Part shown: in pieces, positions 6,275 through 15,021 of the stretch
How positions within the stretch are numbered: the stretch's first letter is position 1
Layout: the number at the start of each line of letters is the position of its first letter
Assembly: GCA_964413085.1 (NCBI GenBank)
Contig: CAYPRI010000006.1
Location: 1 to 46,666 of the forward strand
DNA length: 46,666 nucleotides
Direction: 5' to 3'
Origin: an uncultured Dehalococcoidales bacterium
Lineage (GTDB): Bacteria > Chloroflexota > Dehalococcoidia > GIF9 > UBA5629
Made by a program: the position numbers and the translations under genes
Notes under the pieces: generated by a model
Database searches by the model: none
The model's input: only the letters and a program-made list of their open reading frames with translations
What the model was told of the DNA's origin: nothing

Positions 6275-7726
6275 ATGAGGGGGCATATCAAACAAAGAGC
6301 TAAAGGATCATGGAGCATAGTGATTGATGTGGGGAGGGACCCGCAGACCGGGAAAAGGCAGCAGCAATGGCACACAATTAAGGGGACAAAGAAAGAAGCG
6401 GAGGCGAAACCAAGAGAGCTGATCGATGCGCTGGAGAAGGGTGTCTTTGTTAAGCCCAGCAAGATGACGGTGGGAGAATGGCTAGAGGAATGGCTTAAAA
6501 ACTACGCGGCGCTTCATGTATCACCGAGAACATTAGAAGGATATAAATTCCTTATTCGAAGACACATAGCTCCGGCGCTTGGAGCACTCGAGTTAACCAA
6601 GCTTGAATCACGGCACTTGCAAAATTACTACGCCAAAGCGTTAACCACAGGCAGGCTTAACGGCGAAGGTGGCCTGGGAAATAGGAGCGTTCAATATCAG
6701 CACCGCATCATATCCAATGCGCTTAAATATGGTTTGAGGATGGGGGTACTCAGCCGAAATGTGGCGCAGGCGGTGGACCCGCCCAGATTGGTTCGAAAAC
6801 CTCTTTCAGTCTTGTCTCCAGAAGACCTAGCCAGGTTTCTCAAGGCCGCTAAAGATACAATTTACTATCCAATACTTTTCGCCGCACTTTATACCGGCAT
6901 GCGCAGAGGAGAACTGCTAGCGTTACGGTGGCGGGATATCGACCTGGCCATGTCAACACTATCAGTGGTCAATTCATTATACCGACTTAATAGGCAAACC
7001 GTAATAAAAGAACCTAAGAGCCAGCACAGCAGAAGAATGATAGCTTTACCGCCAACGCTGACGTTAATGCTGAGCAACTATAAAATTGAACAAGCGAGGC
7101 AGAGAGAAATTATAGATAAGCCTTTGTCTGATAACGACTTTGTATTTGCACATATCGATGGGGAGCCCATTGACCCTGATACCGTGACACAAGCATTCGG
7201 CAACATACTCCAAAAAGCAGGGCTACCGCACATGAGATTCCATGACCTTAGACACACTCACGCTACACTAATGCTAAAGGCGGGAATACATCCCAAGATC
7301 GTTAGCGAGCGGTTGGGGCACGCTAAGGTATCTATAACGCTCGACATTTACAGCCACATACTACCCGGACTGCAGGAAGCAGCAGCTGAGAGCTTTGACA
7401 AGATGCTTAAACCGAAGATACTTGATGTTGAGGATGTTAGCAAAATGTTAGCAAACGAAGGGGATTTGAATGGTGGAGCTGATGGGATTCGAACCCACTA
7501 CCTTTTGACTGCCAGTCAAACGCTCTCCCGATTGAGCTACAGCCCCACGCCGAAAAGTCTAGCAAAAAGCCCGCCGAAACTCAAACGTGTTCAGTGTTTC
7601 AGCGGCCGTCCCCAGGCATCCAGGCGCCAGTCGCTGGCAATGATGATAAAATCGGTCAACCACCACACGCCAAAACAGCCCAGTGTCACCAGCTTGATTA
7701 TCGCTGAGCGAGTTCTACCGATGTAG
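6275..7726 (+). CDS. tyrosine recombinase / phage integrase (ORF extends through tRNA antisense)
   Basis: Arm-binding-type N-terminus MRGHIKQR..SW, core-binding domain, catalytic GMRRGE, HDLRH, LGH, TLDIYSH. Confidence 0.95.
   Translation: MRGHIKQRAKGSWSIVIDVGRDPQTGKRQQQWHTIKGTKKEAEAKPRELIDALEKGVFVKPSKMTVGEWLEEWLKNYAALHVSPRTLEGYKFLIRRHIAPALGALELTKLESRHLQNYYAKALTTGRLNGEGGLGNRSVQYQHRIISNALKYGLRMGVLSRNVAQAVDPPRLVRKPLSVLSPEDLARFLKAAKDTIYYPILFAALYTGMRRGELLALRWRDIDLAMSTLSVVNSLYRLNRQTVIKEPKSQHSRRMIALPPTLTLMLSNYKIEQARQREIIDKPLSDNDFVFAHIDGEPIDPDTVTQAFGNILQKAGLPHMRFHDLRHTHATLMLKAGIHPKIVSERLGHAKVSITLDIYSHILPGLQEAAAESFDKMLKPKILDVEDVSKMLANEGDLNGGADGIRTHYLLTASQTLSRLSYSPTPKSLAKSPPKLKRVQCFSGRPQASRRQSLAMMIKSVNHHTPKQPSVTSLIIAERVLPM
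7434..7455 (+). repeat. perfect 11-bp tandem repeat (ATGTTAGCAAA)x2, candidate integrase arm site
   Basis: 15 bp from the tRNA CCA end, on the element side. Confidence 0.55.
7471..7546 (-). tRNA. tRNA-Ala(GGC)
   Basis: GGGGCTGTAGCTCAATCGGGAGAGCGTTTGACTGGCAGTCAAAAGGTAGTGGGTTCGAATCCCATCAGCTCCACCA; cloverleaf, G3:U70, encoded CCA. Confidence 0.98.
7556..7584 (-). promoter_or_regulatory. tRNA promoter
   Basis: TTGAGT-17-TAGACT with TGn extension, just upstream of the tRNA 5' end. Confidence 0.6.
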
Positions 7727-7932
7727 AACCTGTCAGCCCCGAACGGCCCCAGGAAAAGAGATAAAAGAAGCGCCACCCGCCAGCTTCTTGGTTTTGGTCT
7801 CTTCTTAAGGCTGAGCTCGGGTCGCGGCAGAAGTTCAAACTCGGGAGCTGGCTTTCGCCTGGCCCTGGTTTTTACCTTCGGTGTAACTCTGGCGCTGGTT
7901 TTTGATTTAACTTTAGACCTGGTTTTTGGCAT
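7591..7932 (-). CDS. TM2-domain membrane protein
   Basis: SWRVALLLSLFLGPFGADRFYIG...GVWWLTD TM2 signature; Lys/Arg/Pro-rich N-terminus. Confidence 0.88.
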   Translation of the reverse strand: MPKTRSKVKSKTSARVTPKVKTRARRKPAPEFELLPRPELSLKKRPKPRSWRVALLLSLFLGPFGADRFYIGRTRSAIIKLVTLGCFGVWWLTDFIIIASDWRLDAWGRPLKH

Positions 7933-8031
7933 GGCTCAGTTACACTCCTAAAACTCGGATCCATGGCAGTACATTGCGCAGTCCGCCGCCAGCATATTCT
8001 CTTTTTTTCAATTCCGGCTTCTCTGAAATCG

Positions 8032-8880
8032 TCACCTTTTAAAACTCTCTTGTCGGTGTCGGGCCTGTCGACCGAAATTGGCCTCGAGAAAATCGGTAAT
8101 CTGCTCCCCAACCACCGGGTTTCCGCAATCGTATTCGTGACCCGGTGCCCTGACGCAGTGGGAAAGCAGTACCTTTTTGCCCTGCATACGATAACCGAGC
8201 CACTTTAACGGGGCAGCCAGAAATATAACAGCCGCCTGTAAAAGAGTGCCGTTTACGAACTTGTCGGATTTTAAGCCGTTGGAGTCAATAGCCAGAGTTT
8301 TTTCCGTAACTTTACGCCGGTAGCGGTAAAGAAAGGGAAAACCCAGTTCAATGCTGTATACCGGGCAGCCGACGCCCAGGCACTGCATGACTGCATTACC
8401 GAAGGCAGCCCCCTGGCTCACACCTATTAAGACGATTCTTATACCTTTGACGTGGGCAACGATAAAACGCAGCCAGGCTGCCATCGTCTCTGCTTTATCA
8501 GAAAAAAAGCGTAATTGCTCCTTAAGGTCGCCAACCTCATTTCTAAATCCGCGCCCCGTTCGGAAGTACTGTGTAACTAAAAACCTGTACCCCAGTTTTT
8601 GTAAAATGCCTGTTATGCCGGTGACGAGACCTCTCTCCCACTCGAGGCACTCATGCATTCGGGCGTGTCCCCAGCCGCCGGGATTATGAACAATAAGGAA
8701 TTCTTTGCCCCTGGCGCGATGACAAACGTCTATTAGCCGCCGGGCGAACTCGTCAGCCTTTCCCTGTTCCTTAAAAACTTCCCGAGCTAAAAGATAGGAT
8801 TCCTCCTGAATCGTCATCTCCGCCAGAATTCCGTCTGCTGCCGAAATAGCGGCCTCACCCTCCCGGCGAATTTTTATCAA
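8032..8880 (-). CDS. hypothetical protein, alpha/beta-hydrolase-like
   Basis: IVLIGVSQGAA nucleophile elbow (GxSxG), late His in PGHEY; 4-nt overlap with upstream gene. Confidence 0.6.
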   Translation of the reverse strand: MIKIRREGEAAISAADGILAEMTIQEESYLLAREVFKEQGKADEFARRLIDVCHRARGKEFLIVHNPGGWGHARMHECLEWERGLVTGITGILQKLGYRFLVTQYFRTGRGFRNEVGDLKEQLRFFSDKAETMAAWLRFIVAHVKGIRIVLIGVSQGAAFGNAVMQCLGVGCPVYSIELGFPFLYRYRRKVTEKTLAIDSNGLKSDKFVNGTLLQAAVIFLAAPLKWLGYRMQGKKVLLSHCVRAPGHEYDCGNPVVGEQITDFLEANFGRQARHRQESFKR

Positions 8881-9455
8881 TCGGAGGCTCCGATGAACCC
8901 ATTTACCTCCAGGTATCTGGCCGTCTTCTTAGCTTTCCAGCTGTTCCTCTGTTTAAAATATACAGTGTTCCCCTCCTGCCACACCCACAGGTGATGGCCG
9001 CGATGGAGCCAGGCGCCGATGGATTGCCTTGAGGGGTGTACCAGAAATACTGAGTCCGATACGCGGCTAAGCTCATCCAGAGCCTGATTGGCAGAATAAA
9101 CGGAGGGCAGGTGTTCCAGTAGATGGCTGGCAAACGCGGCGCCGAATGTCTTATCTGAAAAAGGGATTTGTGTGACGTCGGCTATCAGTCCGCATGGATG
9201 CCCGGCGAAAGCCCGGCAATCGATATCAAGGCAGACGTCCCCGCCACCATGTGCCGGCATGTTTAGCTTCTTGCGGATTCCTCTGTTGCTCCACGGGCCG
9301 CCGGCCACCAGCAGCGGTTTGCCGAGTTTCTTACATTGCTCAACGGCAGCCTTATATCTATGGTCTTTTTGGGAAATCTCACCGGCCCAGACGGCCACTT
9401 GCCAGACCGTCAGCCCTAGAAATATGCCCCCTGCCACGGACCAGAAGACATACAA
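8877..9455 (-). CDS. membrane-anchored class I SAM-dependent methyltransferase (Methyltransf_11-like)
   Basis: LDID, ADVTQIPFSDKTFGAAFASHLLEHL; N-terminal TM helix. Confidence 0.75.
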   Translation of the reverse strand: MYVFWSVAGGIFLGLTVWQVAVWAGEISQKDHRYKAAVEQCKKLGKPLLVAGGPWSNRGIRKKLNMPAHGGGDVCLDIDCRAFAGHPCGLIADVTQIPFSDKTFGAAFASHLLEHLPSVYSANQALDELSRVSDSVFLVHPSRQSIGAWLHRGHHLWVWQEGNTVYFKQRNSWKAKKTARYLEVNGFIGASD

Positions 9456-9473
9456 ACTGGTTCAAGCCTCCTT

Positions 9474-10115
9474 TCAAACTCCAAGGAAATGGAACAATGA
9501 TGTCAGACCGAAATAGCCGCAAAAGGCGATGAATGTGCTTTTAACTATATTCCCGAGTAGAGAGAAAATGAAGAATTTCCAGCTTGGATACCGGAGCGAG
9601 GCCATGGCCAGTGTCATGGGCAGGTGAAAAGGATTTATCACGGCTGACATGACAAAGACGGACAGCGAGCCATGCTGCTCCGCCCACCTCATAGCCTTAT
9701 CATACCAGTTTCTATTGACCCTATAAGCCAGTTTCTGAGACAGGTCCCGGCTGCCGTAGCCGAGCATAAACGTTAGCAGCTGCCCCAGACTGGCACCAAG
9801 CCCGGATATCAGACCCACCAGTACCGGCGCAGCTAATTGAAATTGGGGTGCCAGAATCGATGGCAGCGTGAATACCAGCAGCCAGTAGGGTACCGGTATA
9901 GCCAGCATGCTGAGTATGCTTCCACCAAGGAAAGCAATTATGAGCATGCCCAAAAGGCCGTACTGGGCCAGGTGTCCTGTATCCATCAGGGTATCTTTGT
10001 AGATGACAGCGACAACGCATAGAGCGATGGTGACCAGTAGCGACAGGACACCTAACGTTATGTCTTTTGTGGATAATCGTGGTCTGGCTTCTTTTTCTGT
10101 GCTCAGCGCATCCAT
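9474..10115 (-). CDS. VTT/DedA (SNARE-associated) membrane protein
   Basis: GASLGQLLTFMLGYG, INPF, multiple TM helices. Confidence 0.8.
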   Translation of the reverse strand: MDALSTEKEARPRLSTKDITLGVLSLLVTIALCVVAVIYKDTLMDTGHLAQYGLLGMLIIAFLGGSILSMLAIPVPYWLLVFTLPSILAPQFQLAAPVLVGLISGLGASLGQLLTFMLGYGSRDLSQKLAYRVNRNWYDKAMRWAEQHGSLSVFVMSAVINPFHLPMTLAMASLRYPSWKFFIFSLLGNIVKSTFIAFCGYFGLTSLFHFLGV

Positions 10116-10130
10116 TATTCAGGTTTAAGG

Positions 10131-12563
10131 CTATTTAGCCGCTTTTACTTTTTTTTTGGTGCTAAAGCTTAACACATCACCACTGACGCTAACAACTACC
10201 GTCTCTCCGTCTTTTATCTCACCCTGCAGTATTTTGCTGGAAAGAGGGTTCTCGACGTAGCGTTGAATGGCCCGCCGTAATGGACGCGCCCCGTACGCCG
10301 GTTCATAGCCTTCTTTTAGCAGCCAGGCTCTGGCATCGTCATCCAGGTCGAGCTTTATATTCCTGTCAGACAGGCGCTTCTCCACCTCCAGTATCAATAG
10401 TTCGACAATCTTCTTCAGGTCGTCCTGAGTCAAGGGCTGGAAGATGATGATATCATCAACCCTGTTTAAAAACTCAGGTCGGAAAGTTTTTTTCAGTTCT
10501 GTATCCACGGCACTCTTCAACCGCTGCTGCTCGCTTTTCTCCTGCCGGGAAAAACCGATTGCCTGGCGCTGAAATTCCTGCGTACCCAGGTTGCTGGTCA
10601 TTATCACCACTGTATTTCTGAAGTCTACAGTCCGGCCGTGGCCATCGGTCAACCTGCCGTCCTCAAGTATCTGAAGCAGTATGTTGAAGACATCGGGATG
10701 CGCCTTTTCCACCTCGTCGAAAAGTATTACCCGGAACGGCCTCCTGCGTACGGCTTCAGTCAATTGGCCGGCTTCCTCGTAGCCAACATATCCCGGCGGT
10801 GCGCCTATCAACCGCGATACGGTGTGTTTTTCCATGAACTCGGACATATCGAGCCGTATCATGGCATCCTCATCATCGAAAAGGAACTGCGCCAGGGCTT
10901 TGGCCAGCTCCGTTTTGCCGACGCCGGTAGGCCCCAGAAATATGAAGCTGCCTATTGGCCGCTTCGGGTCCTTAAGGCCGGCACGTCCCCGCCTGATGGC
11001 TTCAGAAATAACGGAAACCGCCTCTTCTTGGTCCACAATCCTCTCGTGAATTCGCTCCTCCATGTGAACCAACTTCTCAGACTCGCCTTCCAGCATGCGG
11101 GATACAGGTATACCCGTCCATTTGGAAACCAGTTCGGCGATGGTTTCCTCGTCGACAACGCTGTCGATTTTCTTCTCCTTGCGCCACTCGGCTTCCTTGT
11201 TATCACGCTCTGGTTCGAGCTGTAACCTTTGTGACTTGAGCTCGGCTGCTTTTTGATAGTCTCCTCGCTGAGAGGCTGAGTCTTCCTCTTCTTGCAGATG
11301 CTTTATTTCGCTATCCAATTCCCTGATATCCGAAGGCTTACTTTCCATGTCTATACGCAGCTTGCTGGCTGCCTCATCGATAAGGTCGATTGCCTTGTCC
11401 GGCAGAAACCTGTCTGAGATGTAGCGCTGGCTGAGCTTGGCAGCTGCTACCAGAGCCGAATCATCAATTTTTATCTTGTGATGTGCTTCGTATCTGGGCC
11501 GGAGTCCGCAAAGCATCTCAACCGTTGTCTCCACACTGGGCTCGTTGATGAACAACGGCTGCAGCCTGCGCTCCAGAGCTTTGTCCTTCTCGATATGCTG
11601 TCTGTACTCATCGAGAGTAGTAGCACCCACACATTGGAGCTCGCCTCGAGCCAGAGCCGGCTTTAACATATTACTGGCATCAATGGCGCCTTCAGCAGCA
11701 CCGGCACCGACTACGGTGTGCAGCTCATCGATAAACAGGATTATCTCGCCGCTGGCCTGGCGGACCTCGTCCATAACTGCCTTCAGCCTTTCTTCAAACT
11801 CACCACGGAATTTACTGCCAGCAACCAGCGCTCCCATGTCTAGGGCGATAACCTTTTTATTTTTAAGGGAATCGGGCACATCGCCAGCTGCAATCTTCTG
11901 CGCCAACCCTTCAGCAATAGCTGTTTTCCCAACACCGGCTTCACCAATAATAACCGGATTGTTCTTGGTACGGCGGGTCAATATCTGCATTACCCGTTTT
12001 ATCTCTTCGTCGCGACCAATGACAGGATCAAGCTTGCCCTGCCGAGCCAGCTCCGTCAGGTCACGGCCGTACTTTTCGAGGGACCGGTATTTGCTTTCAG
12101 CCGTAGGGCTGTCCACTCTATGGCCGCCTCTGATATCTTGAAGCGCCTGATATAGTTTTTCACGGTCGACGCCAAACTCCTTCAGAATTGCCGCTGACTC
12201 GCCGCTGTCATCACCAGCAATGGCAATAAGCAGATGCTCGGTGCTGATGAAGTCGTCTTTTAGCCGGTCGGCTTCATGGCCAACACTATCCATAAGTCTG
12301 GCAATTCTGGGAGTGGCATAAAGTTGCGCCGATTCGTAGGTCGCCTTGGGTGCCTTCGCCAGAACGTCCTCAACCCGGGCTTTTATTGCGTCCACATTTG
12401 CTCCCAGCTTGGCCAGTATCTGCGATGTTAAACCATCCTTTTGCTCCAGCAAGGCTAGCAATATATGCTCAACATCCCACTGGACGTGGTGATAGCGGCT
12501 GGCGATGCCTTGCGAAGTGGCCAGAACTTCTCTGGCCTGTTCTGTGAATCTTTCAGGTCTCAT
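10131..12563 (-). CDS. clpC: Hsp100 Clp ATPase, ClpC-type features in a ClpB-like context
   Basis: Clp-N repeats, two AAA+ modules ([16 protein letters not shown]), short UVR-type M domain, AIGF ClpP-docking loop. Confidence 0.9.
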   Translation of the reverse strand: MRPERFTEQAREVLATSQGIASRYHHVQWDVEHILLALLEQKDGLTSQILAKLGANVDAIKARVEDVLAKAPKATYESAQLYATPRIARLMDSVGHEADRLKDDFISTEHLLIAIAGDDSGESAAILKEFGVDREKLYQALQDIRGGHRVDSPTAESKYRSLEKYGRDLTELARQGKLDPVIGRDEEIKRVMQILTRRTKNNPVIIGEAGVGKTAIAEGLAQKIAAGDVPDSLKNKKVIALDMGALVAGSKFRGEFEERLKAVMDEVRQASGEIILFIDELHTVVGAGAAEGAIDASNMLKPALARGELQCVGATTLDEYRQHIEKDKALERRLQPLFINEPSVETTVEMLCGLRPRYEAHHKIKIDDSALVAAAKLSQRYISDRFLPDKAIDLIDEAASKLRIDMESKPSDIRELDSEIKHLQEEEDSASQRGDYQKAAELKSQRLQLEPERDNKEAEWRKEKKIDSVVDEETIAELVSKWTGIPVSRMLEGESEKLVHMEERIHERIVDQEEAVSVISEAIRRGRAGLKDPKRPIGSFIFLGPTGVGKTELAKALAQFLFDDEDAMIRLDMSEFMEKHTVSRLIGAPPGYVGYEEAGQLTEAVRRRPFRVILFDEVEKAHPDVFNILLQILEDGRLTDGHGRTVDFRNTVVIMTSNLGTQEFQRQAIGFSRQEKSEQQRLKSAVDTELKKTFRPEFLNRVDDIIIFQPLTQDDLKKIVELLILEVEKRLSDRNIKLDLDDDARAWLLKEGYEPAYGARPLRRAIQRYVENPLSSKILQGEIKDGETVVVSVSGDVLSFSTKKKVKAAK

Positions 12564-12568
12564 ATTAT

Positions 12569-12853
12569 CTACTTCTTCTCCCCAAGTTCTTCTTTAACCA
12601 GCTTATCTTTATAACTGGTAACATAGGAACAGTCTGGCCCCTGGCATTTGTCCACCTTAGGCTTCAGTTTCCTATCGACTTTGTAATTCTTATCTTCGAC
12701 TGTCTTTTGTTTATTACGACTGTACCAAACACATTTGGTCGACCAATCCTTGTAAACCATGAGTGTAACGTACTCATCTACCATATCACACTTGATGGTC
12801 GTTGCCGTAATCTGCCATTTAGCAGGCGCTAATTTTGTTTTTGTTCTAGCCAT
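12569..12853 (-). CDS. 94-aa four-Cys hypothetical protein
   Basis: Overlaps the hspR stop, 5 nt before the clp start; GAGGAG SD. Confidence 0.75.
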   Translation of the reverse strand: MARTKTKLAPAKWQITATTIKCDMVDEYVTLMVYKDWSTKCVWYSRNKQKTVEDKNYKVDRKLKPKVDKCQGPDCSYVTSYKDKLVKEELGEKK

Positions 12854-13199
12854 TTTTTATTCTCCTCTTTCCCCTTTCGGATTCCGCGGCTTCAACCTGC
12901 TTTAATCCCTCAATTTCAGATTGCATCTCGCTTATCCGGCGCTGCATTTCCGCCATTTTCTCTGCCATCCTTATGACCACCTCTATGCCGGCAAGGTTGA
13001 TACCCAGGTCACCCATCAAGGATTTGATGTGCCGCAAACGATCAATATCGGCCTCGGAGTAATATCTGATATTACCCTTGGAGCGATACGGCCGTACTAA
13101 ACCGATACTTTCGTAGTATCGCAACGTATGCGTCTCGATGCCCACCATTCGAGCCGCCACGCTAATCACATATCTGGGTTCTATTTCTGCCGGATTCAT
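12846..13199 (-). CDS. hspR: HspR-like MerR-family heat-shock repressor
   Basis: PRYVISVAARMVG..THTLRYYE, RSKGNIRYYS, LGINLAGI; follows a cbpA/dnaJ gene. Confidence 0.85.
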   Translation of the reverse strand: MNPAEIEPRYVISVAARMVGIETHTLRYYESIGLVRPYRSKGNIRYYSEADIDRLRHIKSLMGDLGINLAGIEVVIRMAEKMAEMQRRISEMQSEIEGLKQVEAAESERGKRRIKNG

Positions 13200-13237
13200 T
13201 TCTATCTTATCACCTGACTATTGCACTGACAATACAC

Positions 13238-14221
13238 CTAGTTAGGCCTTATCGATTTCAATTGCTCAAATAATTGCTTTTCCTGAGGAGTTAATCTCGT
13301 GGGCAGCAACACCTTCACCCTGGCGAACAAATCCCCCTTCGATGAATCGTTTAAGTGGGGCATGCCCTGCCCGGCCAGGCGGAACACCTTTCCGTTCTGC
13401 GTCTCCGCCGGTATTTTCAAAGCCACTTTACCTTTCAATGTCGGTACCGCCGCCTCGCCCCCGAGCATAGCTGTAACCAGCGGGATTTGTATCTCGGCAT
13501 AGAGGTCGTCTCCCTTTCGCTCAAAAAGCTGATGAGGCAGTACTCTGACTACCAGATACAGGTCACCTCTAACTCCGCCAGCACTCTGGCTTCCCTGGCC
13601 GGCAATCCTCACCCTTGAGCCATCTGAAACGCCGGCTGGAATTTTGACTTCGAGCCGTCTGGGTTTCAATAGCCTGCCGGAGCCTCCGCACATGGAACAG
13701 CGCGTCCTACCTACCCTGCCGGTGCCGCCGCAGGTGGGACAAATTTCCTCACCCTGAATCTGGATGACACGCTTGGTGCCCTGATAGGCTTCCTCCAGAG
13801 TGACATCGACAGGATGCTCCAAGGCTCTGGGCCTGGCTGCCCGGCGAGCCGTGCCGGCGCCGGTGCCGAAACCCTGGAAAACATTACTGAATATGTCGCC
13901 TAAATCGCCAAGGTCGCCGAAGTCATAAGTAGTGTAACCGCCCTGCCTGCTAAAATCCCATCTACCCCCCTGTCCGGCTTTGGCGAACTGGTCGGCAAAT
14001 TGCCACTGTTCACCGAACTGGTCGTACTTCTTTCGTTTTTCGGGGTCGGAAAGTACCTCATAGGCCTCGTTTATCTCTTTGAATCTGGCCTCTGCTGACT
14101 TATCCCCGGGATTTACGTCCGGATGATATTTTCGGGCAAGCCGGCGATAAGCCAGTTTTATGTCCTTGTCGGTAGCAGTACGGCTTACACCCAGGATTGC
14201 ATAGTAATCTTTATTCGCCAT
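13238..14221 (-). CDS. CbpA/DnaJ-class co-chaperone with only two CxxCxGxG motifs
   Basis: J domain with HPD, G/F region, CPTCGGTG and CSMCGGSG, DnaJ C-terminal domains. Confidence 0.93.
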   Translation of the reverse strand: MANKDYYAILGVSRTATDKDIKLAYRRLARKYHPDVNPGDKSAEARFKEINEAYEVLSDPEKRKKYDQFGEQWQFADQFAKAGQGGRWDFSRQGGYTTYDFGDLGDLGDIFSNVFQGFGTGAGTARRAARPRALEHPVDVTLEEAYQGTKRVIQIQGEEICPTCGGTGRVGRTRCSMCGGSGRLLKPRRLEVKIPAGVSDGSRVRIAGQGSQSAGGVRGDLYLVVRVLPHQLFERKGDDLYAEIQIPLVTAMLGGEAAVPTLKGKVALKIPAETQNGKVFRLAGQGMPHLNDSSKGDLFARVKVLLPTRLTPQEKQLFEQLKSIRPN

Positions 14222-14248
14222 AATCCCAATCCTTCTTTAGTACGCTAA

Positions 14249-14277
14249 ATTATAACTATAATTGTAAGTTTTGTCAA
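14249..14277 (-). promoter_or_regulatory. consensus sigma70 promoter of the cbpA-hspR-clp operon
   Basis: TTGACA(14277-14272)-17-TATAAT(14254-14249); IR TTTAG-N4-CTAAA at 14236-14249. Confidence 0.8.
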
Positions 14278-14326
14278 GTAATATTATGATGATAGTTAAC
14301 AATAAATTGTTAAGATTTAGCCGGTT

Positions 14327-14896
14327 TTAGCTTCGGCAAGCGGATTCCCAGACCTCGATAAGCTGTTGTACGAGTTTGGCCGTTGCCCCCCAAATCAAAC
14401 GGCCCTGGTACTCGTAGGAATAACCGACGTAGGCTTTACCGCCAAATGTATAGCGTTCTTTCTTCTTTCTAGCTCTGTGCAGCAAGGCTGAGATGGGCAC
14501 GCTAAAAATTTTACTTATCTCATAAGGACTCGGCGTAAATTCATATGGATAGGGTATAAAAGCTACGAAGGGGGCTATTTTAAAACCGGACGTAGTGGTT
14601 GGAGTATCATCCAGTTCGCCCACAACTTCGGCGTCTTTAACCTTCAGTCCGATCTCCTCCCAGCTCTCCCTGAGCGCTGTATCACGAAGGCTAGCATCGC
14701 CCTGGCTTTTGGCTCCGCCCGGAAAGGATATCTGGCCTCTGTGATGCATAACACGGTCACTGCGCTTGGTGAAAAGTATGTGATATTCACCGCCCTTACA
14801 GAAAATCGGAATGAGGACCGCAGCCTCGGTCAACCCCATATCGTTTATGCTCAGCCTCTGACGGGCAGCCAGAGCCTTCCTCAGTTTTTCTCTCAT
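14327..14896 (-). CDS. Nudix hydrolase, CoA pyrophosphatase family
   Basis: AAVLIP, LFTKRS..HRGQISFPGG, ALRESWEEIG, IWGATA. Confidence 0.92.
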   Translation of the reverse strand: MREKLRKALAARQRLSINDMGLTEAAVLIPIFCKGGEYHILFTKRSDRVMHHRGQISFPGGAKSQGDASLRDTALRESWEEIGLKVKDAEVVGELDDTPTTTSGFKIAPFVAFIPYPYEFTPSPYEISKIFSVPISALLHRARKKKERYTFGGKAYVGYSYEYQGRLIWGATAKLVQQLIEVWESACRS

Positions 14897-15021
14897 TTAA
14901 TAGTCCATCATACATCAGCTCCAGTGACAAGACAAACCTAAAATCCGTCGACATCACGTTCAAAATTTGCCAAAAATTCGATTTTTCGGCTATACTCAAA
15001 TGTTAATCCGAGGCAAACCAC

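Larger units (their letters stand above)
1..7470. mobile_element. tRNA-Ala-integrated phage satellite/PICI-like or defective prophage element (left end outside window)
   Basis: Tyrosine integrase abutting the tRNA 3' end, excisionase, replication protein, TerS-like gene, TA module; visibly AT-rich cargo segments (1-1310, 5580-6270) alternate with a GC-rich core. No second att copy in the window. Confidence 0.85.

Noticed and set aside
7560-7567. TAGCAAAA matching the putative arm repeat on the host side of the tRNA
   Set aside because: Explained by the tRNA promoter extended -10; partial match only.
10638-12141. Long antisense ORFs opposite clp (similar ones lie opposite polA, dnaK and the response regulator)
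   Set aside because: Typical shadow frames of conserved genes; no motifs or SD sites.
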